Positions 49,382 through 62,111 of a stretch of DNA of 64,000 bases are shown piece by piece. The stretch comes from Callorhinchus milii (Eukaryota), in the NCBI RefSeq assembly GCF_018977255.1, contig NW_024704742.1, positions 107,262,001-107,326,000 on the forward strand, read 5' to 3'. The position numbers were made by a program, and so were the translations under genes. Position 1 is the first letter of the stretch; every line of letters starts with the position of its first letter. The notes under the pieces were generated by a model. It made no database searches. It was not told the DNA's origin and saw nothing but the letters and a program-made list of their open reading frames with translations.

Positions 49382-51379
49382 TACAGTATTTCTTAAAATA
49401 GACTTAGATGATATCATTCCCCCCCCATATTTAGTAATATTTAGACATGAATAGTTAAAGACCATTTGGGTTCTGAGGCGTTAGATTTTCCATGATTTAA
49501 AAAAAGAGGTTGAAATTGTGCAGTTTGTTTGCTGGTCACTACAAAACATAAGGAGAGAAATTGCATCTCAATCTAGATTTACTTTATTTATGTATCATTT
49601 TAGAGAATTCCAAAACTTGACAAGATTTCTGGTCGGAAAGTTCCTCTGTATCAGTAATCCTGTAAGATAATAATAATAATCCTTGCATTTGTCTCAAAGC
49701 ACTTCAAAGATCCACAATATCTCTGTAAATTCAGTAACTGTATTGTTCATCCACAAACACATAGTCACTGTACTTTACAGTATATCCTGTGAAACACTTT
49801 GAGACGTCCTTCTGATGTATAAGAAGCTATAACAAATATAAAGATTATTTTATTATCATCATTTATCCAGTTATCTGCAAGTGAAACATTCTTTCATTTT
49901 CAAAGAATCGTCCTCCATTATTAAATATATTGCCTTCCGAAAGAGACTAGAGATGATCCACACTGGGTTAGGGTTCAATCCAGGTAGCTATTATAACCTG
50001 CCAAAACTAGGGTACGTTGGGATAAAAGCACTGAAACTCCAAAAGCAAAGACTGTGATCATGACAGCATGTCATAGATGCAGCAGGTCAACGTTGATGTG
50101 CTTCTCTAGGAAAGGTTCCTGCAGGAAAAGCAACAAAGGACTGTCTAGGTAGATTTAAATGTAAATTTACATTATACATCTAAAAATGCAATGCAGTTAT
50201 TTATAAGGATGCAAATGAAAGGTGCAGAAAAATGCTTAGCCTACAGCAATGAATTTATGTTGCACAAACGGAGCAGAAAATCGCCAGAGATTTCATGGAC
50301 CAGCAAGACCTAAAGGTAAACTCTACAATAAGCTAGCCTTACTCTCAAGTATTTATCCCTAAACTGTTTAAAACTGTAAACTTTTATCTTTTGATGATTG
50401 ACCTTTGTTTGTAATGTCTAGAAATTTTCTGCACCTTGATAAATAGCTGCAATACAATTTTACATGTAACATATCTAAAATGTAACCTGAGTTAAAATTT
50501 TAAATTGTATTACAGCTATTTATAAATTCATAGAAGTAAATATTGCTACAATTTTATGAATGGAAATGGAATAGGTCTTAACCCATATCAATGATTCATT
50601 ATACTGACTGAAAGGAGCAGAATAGCTCTTCTGTGACCACCCCGTTTCAGAGGCCACACACCAACTGAGTGGATGAGGGGAAAGAGAGCCGAAGACACAT
50701 CATTTACATGCTGCACAATTGACTCATGTTATGAAATGTGACTCAAAGACAATTCGCTGCTGTACTGTACGATACTCCCATCTGCGTCTCACTGCCCTAC
50801 TGGTAGCAATGTTAATGAAAATTTCAAGAACAGCCTGGAGGTATCAACCTAGCTCTAGGTAAAACCGTACAATAGGGATATAATTACTTTAGCTAAAAAG
50901 GTGAAATTGTTTTGCCTTCTGTGCAAACGAACCACTCCTCAGGTCTGAAATTCCACCTAGAGTTAGCCTGAGTTTTTTCTTACAATTCAAGATTACACAG
51001 AAATGTGGAACATTCTTCAATTCAGGCATAATTTGTTCTTCCACAGTTCTTAAATTTTAAACGTGCTTGACAACAGAATATCAGAATTATGTAAGCCCTC
51101 TCTGACTCTTTTGGTAGTTCAGTTCCTGAGCCAGGCAGTCCGCAGTATTCCAGGCCACTGCTGATAACAGACCAGCCAGACTTGATCATTGCAAGACTTC
51201 GAGGGGTGCCTAATACTCTCCAGAATTAGGGAAGTGGGATGTGTTCCTCTGAGACAGAGTGGGTATTCCATTCCAGACATTGGAAATTCCAGTGCTTAGG
51301 GATGCATGGAATTCTGTCTGCTTTGAACAGTCTTAAGCATGGTGAATAGTCTTAAGCAATGCAGCATGCATGTTCTGGC

Positions 51380-51965
51380 TGCTGCCCCCGACCTGAGCTG
51401 CTTTTCCCCCAAATGCACCCATCCCTGCCCTCTACCCTCCATCACCCCCACTCGGCCCTCCTTTCCCTCCATCCTCCTCACTTCCTTTCCCCACTTGATC
51501 GACACAACCTCCCTCTGCTCCAGCCTGGGAATCCTCCATCAGGCTCACCGTGGTACTCGCTGTTGGCTGTTCAGCAGCAACCATTCTGACTGCCCCATTC
51601 CCCATTATTGCCACAAGGCCCACGGACCCCAGACCCTGGGAGCAATTTAAACTGCGAGCAGATGCTAGACTTGCTCAAGACCAAAATCGAGGAGATCCAC
51701 TTAGCTGCATCTACACTTCCAACTGCTAGCCCATTCCCATCTCCCCCTCACACTCTTGCCCCTTCCCATCCCACCCATATTCCTCTCCTGCCCCAGGCTC
51801 CGTGACCCCATCACCCCCACCTTCACCTGGCTCACTGGCTCCCCATCTCCTAGCAGATAGAGTTCAAAGTCCTCGTCCTTGCCTTCAAGGCCCTACAGGC
51901 CTTGCTCCTTACCTCTGTAACCTATTAACACTATATCAACCTGTTCCCTCTCTCTACTCAGCACG
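51380..51965 (+). mobile_element. L2 fragments (internal plus 3' part)
   Basis: NCEQMLDLLKTKIEEIH; cactggctccccatctcctagcagatagagttcaaagtcctcgtcc. Confidence 0.75.
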
Positions 51966-53154
51966 TTCCATATTCCTGGCATTTGATATACTGCCTTTCA
52001 TGTCAAGGAGGACATCAAAGCACTTCACAAGATTTACTGTGAAGGACTATGTTTTGTAAGCAAACTAATCTAAAGCTGTGAGAAAAGTGAGCGCTGAGTA
52101 CTTTGTAATTCCTTGAAGTTTGAAAACACAAATATCTTTTACCATTCATGTGTAAACATCTTATATGCTTCATTACCACTGAATATTATACCAAGGAATT
52201 TGCAAAATTGCTATTAAACTAAATGACTTTTAAATCTAGTTTCCTTTTGAATCTCAGTCCTGAAATTACACTGAAGTTGGTATCTTCTATAATATTTGTT
52301 GGGCATTTAAAGATGTTAATTATACGATTGTATGGGTTGATTACATAAATATGAGTTGTTGTTGCAGTCCTCAAGGGGTTAAAATCACAGGACTATTTTA
52401 TAGCAATTTTATGAAAATCACTTAACTCTGTTTGAGAGCAATCAGACCTGTTATTACAGTTTAGTTCTGGTCGTCACTGCATTGAAAATGTCCTAGCACA
52501 AAGAAAGCACATTTTTCTTTGGTGTGTCGTGATCCACCTGGCTGAAAGGCATCACTGGCATTGTAGGTACAATTATGACCCACAAAATATTAAACAGAGC
52601 ATTCAGATTATGCAGCCCATATTCAGCAGCGTCAAGATAGCTTTCTGTGACTCTAACAGGATCAAGTCTGTGTCTTAACGTATTAACGTATTATCAGAAT
52701 TTGGGGGAAATCCATCAGTGTCTTTGAATTCCAAGATGGCTGCCAGGACACATAAAGCTGTCATTTGTCAAACACAATACTCTGTGTTCAGCAGTAAATC
52801 ACACCTCCAAATTTAGTTGTAAAAGCAAATGAATAGTTTTTAAGTCAGAGCAGCAACTGCTTCTAAAATTGTCACTGCCAAGATCTGTTCAAAGGCCAGT
52901 GTGTATTGGTATTATTGGTCGAGGTGGGCGAGTATTGAACTCATATTTGGTATTGATCCCTCAGACCTACCGCATTTGGCTGAAATCCATCGGATATATA
53001 TCAAGTTAAAATATAGTGATAAATAAGAATATATATTACAATATCTCCCCTCTCAGAATGCAAGTGATAAATTATCAGTATATGTGCCTGGAATACAACA
53101 AGGGCCATAGGTTTAGCTTAAGACCACACAGGCTTTTGCAATTGCTGATATAGT

Positions 53155-53350
53155 TCTGTTGGTACCAACCACCCTCTGCAGGTTGTGGGCACAATTAACC
53201 AGAATTTACAGTTACCGGACAGTGGCTCAGTTAAGTCAGAGCTTGCCCTCAACTGATGTGCACAGATGTGCACTTCATAAATGTAGCTCCCTTATAGCTG
53301 CTCTGGCTGAGATGTTAACTCAGCACAAATTGGTGTTGAACCTGAGTATC
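53155..53350 (-). mobile_element. Ancient SINE fragment (AmnSINE2-like)
   Basis: ctggctgagatgttaactcagcacaaattggtgttgaacctg, similar to 27225-27265. Confidence 0.45.
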
Positions 53351-53399
53351 TTTGTGGGCATTAGGAACCCAGTAATATTTTCAGGCATTAGGAACAAAG

Positions 53400-54190
53400 A
53401 AAAACAGGAACAGGAGGAGATCATTCAGCCCATCAATACTTTAATACTTCCACTACTCAAGCATCTGACCATCTCCTGTTTAAACATCCCTATTGATTCT
53501 GTCTATAGATTTTTGGGACAGAGCATTTCACACATTTACACAACAATAACAACAAATTGCATTTATATAGTATTACCAGGGGTACTATCTCAGAGCGCTT
53601 AAGAACCTTCTTATAACCCTTTATGTGAAGAAATGCTTCCTGATCTGAGTTCTAACTATCATAGTTCTTAGTTTAAGCCTATGCCATCTTGTAACCAAAG
53701 GGCAGAGTTGTCCACAACCTAACTTGTCAATTGCTTACTTGAAATCAAATCAACTCTTAACCTTGTCTGTTCTAAGGAATACAAACCCAGTCTATCCAGC
53801 TTCTCATCATAGCTAAGCCCCTTCAACCCATATATTAATCTAATGAACCATCACTTGAAACCCTCCAAGGCTAGTATATCCTTGCCATGATTGAGTGTCC
53901 AAAACTGAACACAGTATTCCAAATGAGGTCTGACTGGTGCTCTATATGATTGGAGAAGCATCTCCTTATTTGTATATTCTAGACCTACCATAATAAATAG
54001 CTGCATCCAATTTGCCTTACTGTCTATATTTGAAAGTTAGAGTTTGAATCCTATCATTTCTCTACATCTGCCCCTCTTAGTACTTCCACAATTAGAATAT
54101 ATTCCCAACCACAGTTCCTGCATCAAAGTGTATTATATCACAATTTATAATGTTAACCTTCATCTGCCATAGTTCTGTCCACATCTCAAA
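53400..54190 (-). mobile_element. Degraded CR1 fragment
   Basis: gtgaagaaatgcttcctga, gtccaaaactgaacacagtattccaaatgaggtctgact (reverse of VRPHLEYCVQFW). Confidence 0.85.
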
Positions 54191-54480
54191 GTACCGACCA
54201 CTGTTGGATGGGCACCTGAGCTGGGGGTGGGATGGGGAGGGGAAAAGATGACCGAAAGCATGGTCAAGGAGTTAGGTCAAGGAATTAGGTTGTGACATGC
54301 CTCGAAAGAGGGAGTGGGGAGAGTGAGTTGGAGGGACCCCAGGAATGGCAGGGGCAAAATGGCGATGGTGGGGCAGATGGGGTGGGTGGACATAAAGCAC
54401 AGCCGGTGTTTGCTTTGCAAAGGGAACAGATGGGTTACAAGATTGCAAAGTTAGAGTGGGGAAGGGGTTTTGAATGAAGG
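54190..54480 (-). mobile_element. L2 3' fragment
   Basis: gaccgaaagcatggtcaagg...ggtttt, similar to the other minus-strand L2 ends. Confidence 0.6.
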
Positions 54481-54624
54481 ACTTAGAGGAGCTTTTCACT
54501 GCGTAAAGAGAGAGGTTTCTGTGAAGAAACAGCATGGCACGTCACTCAGTGTCCATCTTTGCCCCCCAGGGTGTCCGAGGGAAGCTCTGATCATCTGTCC
54601 TGTCAGTGAACCACGAAACGCTGC

Positions 54625-54972
54625 CATCACTTCTCTATCTCTCTCAATCACTCTACCCTCTCTCTCAATTATTCTCTCTCTACCCACTCTTACTCCCCCT
54701 CTCACACCCTCTCTCCTCTCACACTCTTTCTTCTCTCTCGCACATTCTCTCCCCCCTCCCAATCACCCTCAACTCCCTCTCCTTCTCTCTCTCACACACA
54801 TTCTCTCCATCTCTCAATTATTCTCTCTCCCTCCCCCTCTCCCTCCCACACTCTCTCAATCACTCTCTCCTCTCTCTCTGCCCTCCCCCTCTGTTTTCCC
54901 TCCCCCCTCTCCCTTTCTCTCTCTTTCACCTTTCACCCACTCTCACACGTGCACACTCTCACAAATACTCAC
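54625..54972. repeat. CT-rich low-complexity tract
   Basis: Imperfect (CT)n with ctcaatcactct units. Confidence 0.9.
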
Positions 54973-54974
54973 AC

Positions 54975-55728
54975 AATCCACAAGATTACACGTGTTTAGC
55001 ACCTTTCACATCAGGAGGACGTCCCAAGGCACTGGACAGAGTACAGCATTTCAGACCCGAGCTGGGGTTAGGGGTGGAGAAGGGAGGGGAGGGGAAGGGG
55101 GGGTGGCCAATGGCATGGTCAAAGAGGAAGGTCTTGAGGCGGGACTTGAAGGAAGCTAAGGAGGGGGCGAGGCGGAGTGATTGAGGGATGTAATTCCAGA
55201 GGTTGGGGGCAGAGTGGCTGAAGGCTCTCCCGCCAATGGTGGGGCGGGTGGGTCAGGGGACATGGAGCAGGCCAGAGCCAGCTGAGCGGAGGAAACAAAT
55301 GGGTTGATAGGGGGTTAGGAGATCGCAGAGGTAGGGTGGGGTGAGGCCATGGTGAGAATGGGAGAGATGGGGTCATGGAGTTTGGTGCAGGAGAGGACAC
55401 GGGCTGCAGAGTTCTGGATTATCTGCAGCCTGTGGAGGGAGGAGTTGGGAAGGCCGGCAAGCAGGTCGTTTGCATAGTCGAGCCTGGATGTGATGAAGGC
55501 ATGAACAAGAGTTTCAGTGGCCTGAGGGTTGAGTGAGGTAGTGGCGGAGACGGGCGACGTTACGGAGGTGAGGGAAGGCAGAGCGGGTCACGGCTTGGAT
55601 GTGGGAAAGAAAAGACAGTTAAGGGTTGAACAAGACACCTAGGTTCCTGACTAGCTTGGTGGGTTGAAGCGTGCAACTATGGAGGTTGATGCTACCAGAA
55701 CCGGAGGTGCTGAGGCGCTGGCGCGAGC
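54975..55728 (-). mobile_element. L2 LINE 3' fragment inserted in a CT-rich tract
   Basis: Minus strand encodes VRNLGVLFNP.LSFLSHIQAVTRSAF..LRNVARLR..ETLVHAFITSRLDYAN. Confidence 0.92.
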
Positions 55729-55729
55729 C

Positions 55730-55965
55730 AATCACTCTTTCTCTCCATCTCACAATGTCTCTCAATCTCTCTCCAGATGCTCTTTCCCTCTTTCAATCAT
55801 TCTCTCCCTCTCCTACTCTCTGTCAATCACTTTCTCTCCCCCCTCTCACAGTCTCTCTCTCACACCCCCTTTCTCACCTCTCTCACACACACCCTCTCTC
55901 CTCTCTCTCTCATTCAAACACTCTCTCCCCTACTTCCCCCCTTCTCAATCTCTCTCTCCCAATCA
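55730..55965. repeat. CT-rich low-complexity tract
   Basis: Same composition as 54625-54972. Confidence 0.9.
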
Positions 55966-56029
55966 GCCGCACAGTTCATTATCTGCAGCATCAGGAGTCG
56001 GTGTTTGCTAAAGATGTGGTGGATAAGGA

Positions 56030-56275
56030 TATGTGCTTGCCTTCCTGTCAGCCATTATGCCTCAAAACTGTCAAACGTAGCTTCAATCCTTCTGCCTTGC
56101 CTTCTTGCCCATGTTCAGATCACACCTGAAGACCTTCTTCTTCAACTGTGTCTGAAGTCACCTCCCCTCTCTCCCTGGGCTACCACGGTATCAAGCTCTG
56201 TCCTTTGTAAGCACTTGGACACTACCCATTTATATAGTGAAGGGCACTATATGAATGCAAGTTATTTTTGTTGTT
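56030..56275 (+). mobile_element. L2 3' end
   Basis: cagccattatgcctcaaaact..cacctgaagaccttcttcttc..gcactatatgaatgcaagtt. Confidence 0.75.
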
Positions 56276-58118
56276 CATCCTGCGTTTGGTGAAAAGTAAT
56301 GGAGAGTAATGCACATTTTTCAAAACAAAATCAACTTGTTAATTAAAAACAAGGCAAGTAAGTAATTTAGCATCCCTACATAATACACCACAGGGTGTCA
56401 AATATTATTACGCAACTCTACACCTGAATTAATGTTGCCATTTATTATTTATACAAGCTTGTCTCAGCTTGTGATTCATTGCTGTTTATGAATGGATTCA
56501 AATAAAGCTTGAGAGTATCTCAAGTCTTCAAATGTATGAATTATTATTATTGTTATTATAAATTTACAAACTGCTTTCTCAGATAGATTGTAGACACAGG
56601 TTTAATGGCCCAACTAGCAGGTAGAATGCAAAGCCAATATGTCCTGGTGTTATTGTTCCTGATACTTCTACAAAATTTGCCTAAAACCTGCTTTCATTCC
56701 CATGGAAAAATTGCCTAGTACAAAGTGGTTGTGGTTGGTGGGTGGGAAAAATTATTTTTGGAGGGAATGTCTCAATGGTTTGATTTAAAATCCACATGTT
56801 GGAAGAAGGCTGATAATTGAGGTGGCAATTTCACATATCTGCTTTACCCAGGAAATAAGTGCGGATCTGCTGCTCCAGTTTTGTCAGTGTGCGGTTTGGC
56901 TCTAATCCCCTGAGTGACTATAATCCTGGGCTCATGAGCAGGTTCTTTCGCACACTAATTATTTGATTCAAATTGCCTTGGTTATTTCGGTATTGAATGA
57001 AGGGCTGCTGAAACAGGCCTGATTATGCATATTGTCAAGATTGCTTTCAACATAGTAAATCGAAGAGATCAACAGCAGGATCTTTTTTGCCTGGGCTATT
57101 GCTTTCCTTTGGGTCTAACCAATCAACCAACCTTTAATTTTTGTTGTTCTATATTGGCTGAATTTCATACAGGGAAGGAAGCGAGTTCAGAAATGTGCTG
57201 GAAGCAACAGACAGAAAGAGGAGAGAGTTAGGCTGGAAAAGTCACACAGGGACTGGAGAGCAGGAGATTTACATTCATCTGTGACTGTACTTAGTTAGGG
57301 CATTGCTCCTGTTTCCACAGCTGCCTATGCTTGAAGGCACAGGTAATTCCCCATCTGACAAGATTGTCCATCATGGCTGTAAGAGTGATAATTCCATTTG
57401 ATTGAATCACTGCCAAGCACCAGCGAATCACCCAATTCTCTGCCCTACATCTCCGTGGTAACCATCAGCTTGGAATGACAGTAGATTTATGACAGATAAA
57501 TCAGATATTAGGTACTTGCACTCTGCAAGGACAGATTCAGTCTTAATTGCCCCCATTCATTATCCAGCTCTAATTTTCTTCTTGCATTCACTTATTAATT
57601 GAAATAATGGAGTTTTGTAAATTCCTCCACCCCCTTCAGAATAACACCATTTACTCTAATAATGCAGGACATTAACATAGTTTAGAAAATTGAACAAAGC
57701 AACCAAAACGCCTTATTTTTCAGGCTGCCTTTAAACATGTCACATATTAAATATTTTGAGGAGTAAGATATCAGTAGTCAGTTCCATGCCATTACACTCA
57801 CACCAACAAGTAGCTCTACGAGTCGCACTGAAAGAGATGTCCCTCATGGCTTGTTTACTCCCACCCCTACCCCCAGTCAGGAGAGATCGACCAAGTGTGG
57901 GGAATGAAAGAAGAAGGGAAATCGCAACTAAAAAACTGAAACTAGTCAGTTCTTTTACAGCAATATTGATAGATAAGGCATCCTGCAAGCTTTATGTATT
58001 TTTTTTGACAGACTGTAACGCTCCAGGGCAACATCAAGTTTACCAAGCGAATCTCTTCAGCCTTGTGTGTATACCATGTCTGCTTGCCAACAAAATCTCT
58101 TTAATAAATTAGACTTAC

Positions 58119-58145
58119 CTGAAGAAGCTTGGTGTTGTAGGTCAT
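58119..58145 (-). other. Candidate 27-nt exon (unverified)
   Basis: Minus strand ttccacag|ATGACCTACAACACCAAGCTTCTTCAG|gtaagt; perfect donor, weak pyrimidine tract. Confidence 0.25.
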
Positions 58146-59371
58146 CTGTGGAATTGTATTGATTTTAAATGCTATGCTTCATGACATGCCAGATATTCAA
58201 GACGTATACAATATACATGACAGTAAATGATTAAAACCTGGCTGGATGGACCTAATTCCACCAAGCATATGCTTATTTCCACCTGTATGTTAAAATATTT
58301 TTATGAAATCTAAAAACACTGTACTTTTGATTAATACCAGCATGCAGTTTATTTAGAGCAAGAGAAATTGGCTTCGATTTGTGGCGAATTGCATAAAGAT
58401 GTAAGAATGAGAAATGATAAAATGATTATCTTGAGACCGAAGAATGCTTCTGTTATGAGCTGAAATAAATCTTGTAAATCACATTTCTGTCACATACGTT
58501 TCTTCTAATTCAGAGAGAAAATTCCCCTGTTCTAAATTATTTCTGCCAGTCTGAAAAATATCAAGTCTTGAAGAGAAAGCGCTGATATTAAAGATAAATC
58601 TTTAATAAGACAGTGCAATGTTTCCTAATGTCAGCTTTCTTTATGATAATTGTGGGGGGAAAAGCAAATCTGCAGTTTAAAAAGAAACTGAGAATCCATT
58701 CTGCAATCTTCATCAATAGTACTTGAAAAAATATGAGGAGATTTATGGGACTGCTCTTAATAGATATTTAAACAGGATCCATACTTTTTGATGGAGTGGT
58801 TTTGTGAAAGGTTTATTTCATGTCTTAAGCTAGATGTTACTTGCAACTCAAAATGCATTTCACGGTCTATTGCCAAATACTATTCCCTAAGTTAGGCTAA
58901 TGACTTAACGTAAACCCTTCAAGTTTCCTAAATATAGGATTTGAAGGTTTTGGGTTACTGAGGAAATCCAATTAATAAGATTTATGTACACAAATTAGAT
59001 AGGGTTAGCATAATTTATTAATATCTTGTTCCCATTGGCTTATAATGGCACTGACCAGGTTTCATTGCCCAGTGGCACGCTGCTTTGGTGACAGAGCAGC
59101 AGTTTGCAGATATGTACAGTATCGACTGTGCTGCTTTTATCAACTTCACACCTCTCAGTAGCTGATTACAGAGCATCACTGGGAAAAAGCCTGAAGTCAT
59201 CCTTTAAATAACTCAATTTGCATGTGCATAAATTAATAGCACAAGAGTTATACTCACCTAATATGAGCTATACCATAGCTTACAACTGTTGCTTTAATAA
59301 CAAACAAACAAACAAAATTACATTTATAGAGTGCCTTTCACGCCGGGAGGATGTGAGGACAGGATACTTAC

Positions 59372-59583
59372 ACAACAACAACAACAAGATTACATTGGTA
59401 TTGTGCCTTTCACGTCGGGAGGATGTCCCAAAGCGCTGGTTTATTATTGTTTTTTATCTTGAGGGATTATTATCAGGCGTGTAGAGTAAGGAAACTTGCC
59501 CAAGGTTTCACCCTGCCGGGAATCGAACCCAGGTCTCTCGCTTGCAAGGCAAGTGCTCTAACCACTGAGCTACAGGACTCCAC
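59372..59583 (-). mobile_element. Short (~210 bp) tRNA-SINE variant lacking the Deu-derived 3' segment
   Basis: Head and linker joined directly to agcgctttgggacatcctcccgacgtgaaagg; (TTG)n tail. Confidence 0.9.
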
Positions 59584-59769
59584 ATATACTATGCATTCTG
59601 TAAATGGACTGTGGCACTGAAATGGAAATATGTTTCTGAGAGTACTAAGGGAGTGCTGTATTGCTGAAGATTGTAATATTAAACCCGGTTCAGGTCCGTG
59701 TTAAGGATTTTAAGGCACTGGCATCTAAAAAGTACTCTTAACACTAACTGCTGTGTGGACACCAGCAAA

Positions 59770-60091
59770 GTGGAGTCCTGTAGCTCAGTGGTTAGAGCAC
59801 TCGCTTTGCAAGTGAGAGACCTGAGTTCAATTCCAGGCAGAGGGCGAAACCTTGGGCAGGTTTCCTTACTCCACACGACTAATAATAATCCCTCCAAAAA
59901 ACCCAAACAATAATATATTGGTCATTTTCAATCCATGACTGTTTGTGGGACATTGCTGTGCGCAATTGGCTGCCGTGTTCGCCCACAAATATACAGTCAA
60001 TTCACTTTACAGTATATTCTGTGAAGCGCTTTGAGACGTCTAGAAGACGTGAAAAGCACTATATCAAACGCCAGGATTATTATTATTATTA

Positions 60092-60125
<34 letters not shown>
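59770..60125 (+). mobile_element. Young tRNA-SINE, full length, long (TTA)n tail
   Basis: Near-identical to 5081-5405. Confidence 0.96.
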
Positions 60126-60126
<1 letters not shown>

Positions 60127-60464
60127 AGGTAGCTGCCATGTGAACATAGTTTTCTTCTGGGAATCCTTTGTATGGGCTTGGACCCGAGATCTCATCAGCG
60201 CTAAAGTTTGGAGATTTTGTCCCTTATAAGAGGTTCCATGGATCTGCCGTGGTTACGCCATTTTAGATACTATTATTCCAAAGAAAATGGAGTTTCTCTT
60301 TTTGCCCTGACCAAAAATCCTTCAGAATCATCGATCATTAACCTCCTGTGGGACTTTGCTGCTGCAAACCTCTAATATGTTTGCCTCCAAAACAGTCACT
60401 ACACAACTCTCTCAACGATTCTCTGTGAAGCAGTTTTATGTGATAAAGCACTTTGAAAAAGTTA

Positions 60465-61972
60465 CGTTTCAAGAAATCAGTGGAGCATGTAGGAAAGGTA
60501 AAGCAATAATAGTGGGTGATTTCAATCTCCACATAGATTGGGAAAACCAAATCGGCAAAAGCTTAGAAGAAGAGTTCATTGAGTTTATGAGAGATAACTT
60601 TCTAGAGCAGCATGCCGAGGAACCAACTAGGGTCAGGCCATCCTAGACCTTGTTTTGTGTAATGAAACAGGGCTAGTCGGCAGTGTAGGTATTAAGAATC
60701 CTCTAGGGCAGAGTGATCACAATATGATTGAATTCTGCATTAAGTTAGAGAGGCATATAGTTAAATCCAAGGCAAGTATTCTGAATTTAAATAGGGCTAA
60801 TTTTGTATGTATGAGGAAAGATTTAGGTAAAATAGACTGGAGAATAAGATTAAGAGGTAAAAATGTAGACCAACAGTGGCAAATATTTAAGAATGTAGTG
60901 CAAAATTCTCAGCTGTCGCATATTCCCTTGCGGAATAAGAGTACCACAGGGAAAGCAATTCATCCGTGGCTAACTAGAGCAGTTAGGGAAAGCATCAAAT
61001 TAAAAGAAAAAGCTTATAAAACTGCCAAGAAAAGCAGCAAATCTGAAGATTTAGAAACCGGCAAAAAAAAACTAAAAAAATTCATTAAGAGCGAGAAAAA
61101 GGAGCATAAGGGTAAGCTAGCTAGGAACATTAAGTCTGATTGTAAAAGTTTTTACAAATATATTAAGAGGAATAGGCTAGTGAGGGTAAATGTAGATCCA
61201 CTTCAGTCAGAGACGGGAGAAGTTGTATTGGGGGATAAGGACATGGCAGAGTCCATAAATGGGCACTTTGCATCTGTCTTTGCACCAGGTGCAGGTGCAG
61301 CGAGCAATTAGGAAGGCGAACGGTATGTTAGCGTTCATTATGAAAGGATTAGAGTATAAAAGTAGGGAAGTCTTGCTGCAACTGTATAGGGCCCTGGTGA
61401 GACCACACCTGGAATACTATGTACTATGTGCAGTTTTGGTTTCCTTATTTAAGGAAGGATGTACTTGACTTGGAGGGGGTGCAGCGTAGATTTACTAGGT
61501 TAGTACCAGGGATGAAGGGGATGAGTTACGAAGATAGGCTGACCAATTTGGGCCTATATTCTCTAAAATATAGAAGAATTAGAGGGGATCTTATAAGCCT
61601 ATAAGATCATCAAAGGGCATGATAGAGTAGATAGTGGGAGATTGTTTCCCCTGGTTGGAGAAACTAAAACCAGGGGTCACAACCTTAAAATCAGAGGCCA
61701 GCACTTTCGCACTGATTTGAGGAAGAACTTCTTCACTCAAAGGGTGGTGAATGTATGGAACTCGCTACCCCAAAGGACTGTTGACGCTCAGTCCTTGAAC
61801 ATATACAAGACTGAGACAGATTTCTTATTGTAAAAGGAATTAAGGGATATGGGGATAAGGCAGGGTTAGGTTATTAGCTGAAGTTAGATTAGAAGATCAG
61901 CCATGATTGAATGGCGGGGCAGGCTCGAAGGGCCGAATGGCCTACTCCTGCTCCTACATGTTATGTTATGTT
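60465..61972 (+). mobile_element. CR1 LINE with the RT core deleted
   Basis: APE endonuclease C-terminal motifs IIVGDFNLHIDW and LGQSDHNMIEF, linker to HFASVF, then a jump at about 61285 to QVQRAIRKANGMLAF..VRPHLEY; 3' UTR and (TATGT)n tail. Confidence 0.95.
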
Positions 61973-62111
61973 TCAAATTCTGCCAATTGTCCATTTTCCT
62001 GTTTTTTGGTGCCCACCATTCCTCAGTATAACTGCACTGATCTCTCTTAGTATTGCACTCAACCTCCTTTACACTCTGGTATACAAAGATGAGAAAGGAA
62101 GACTCCATCCC

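Noticed and set aside
52732..52744. YY1-like motif CAAGATGGCTGCC
   Set aside because: A single short motif with no promoter or CpG-island context.
54470..56292. Long Ser/Leu/Pro-rich ORFs
   Set aside because: Translations of CT-rich low-complexity DNA and L2 sequence.
57740..58112. Overlapping ORFs in unique sequence
   Set aside because: No recognisable domain and no convincing splice-site pair.
60655..61311. 218-aa ORF as a host gene
   Set aside because: CR1 endonuclease and linker region of an internally deleted element.
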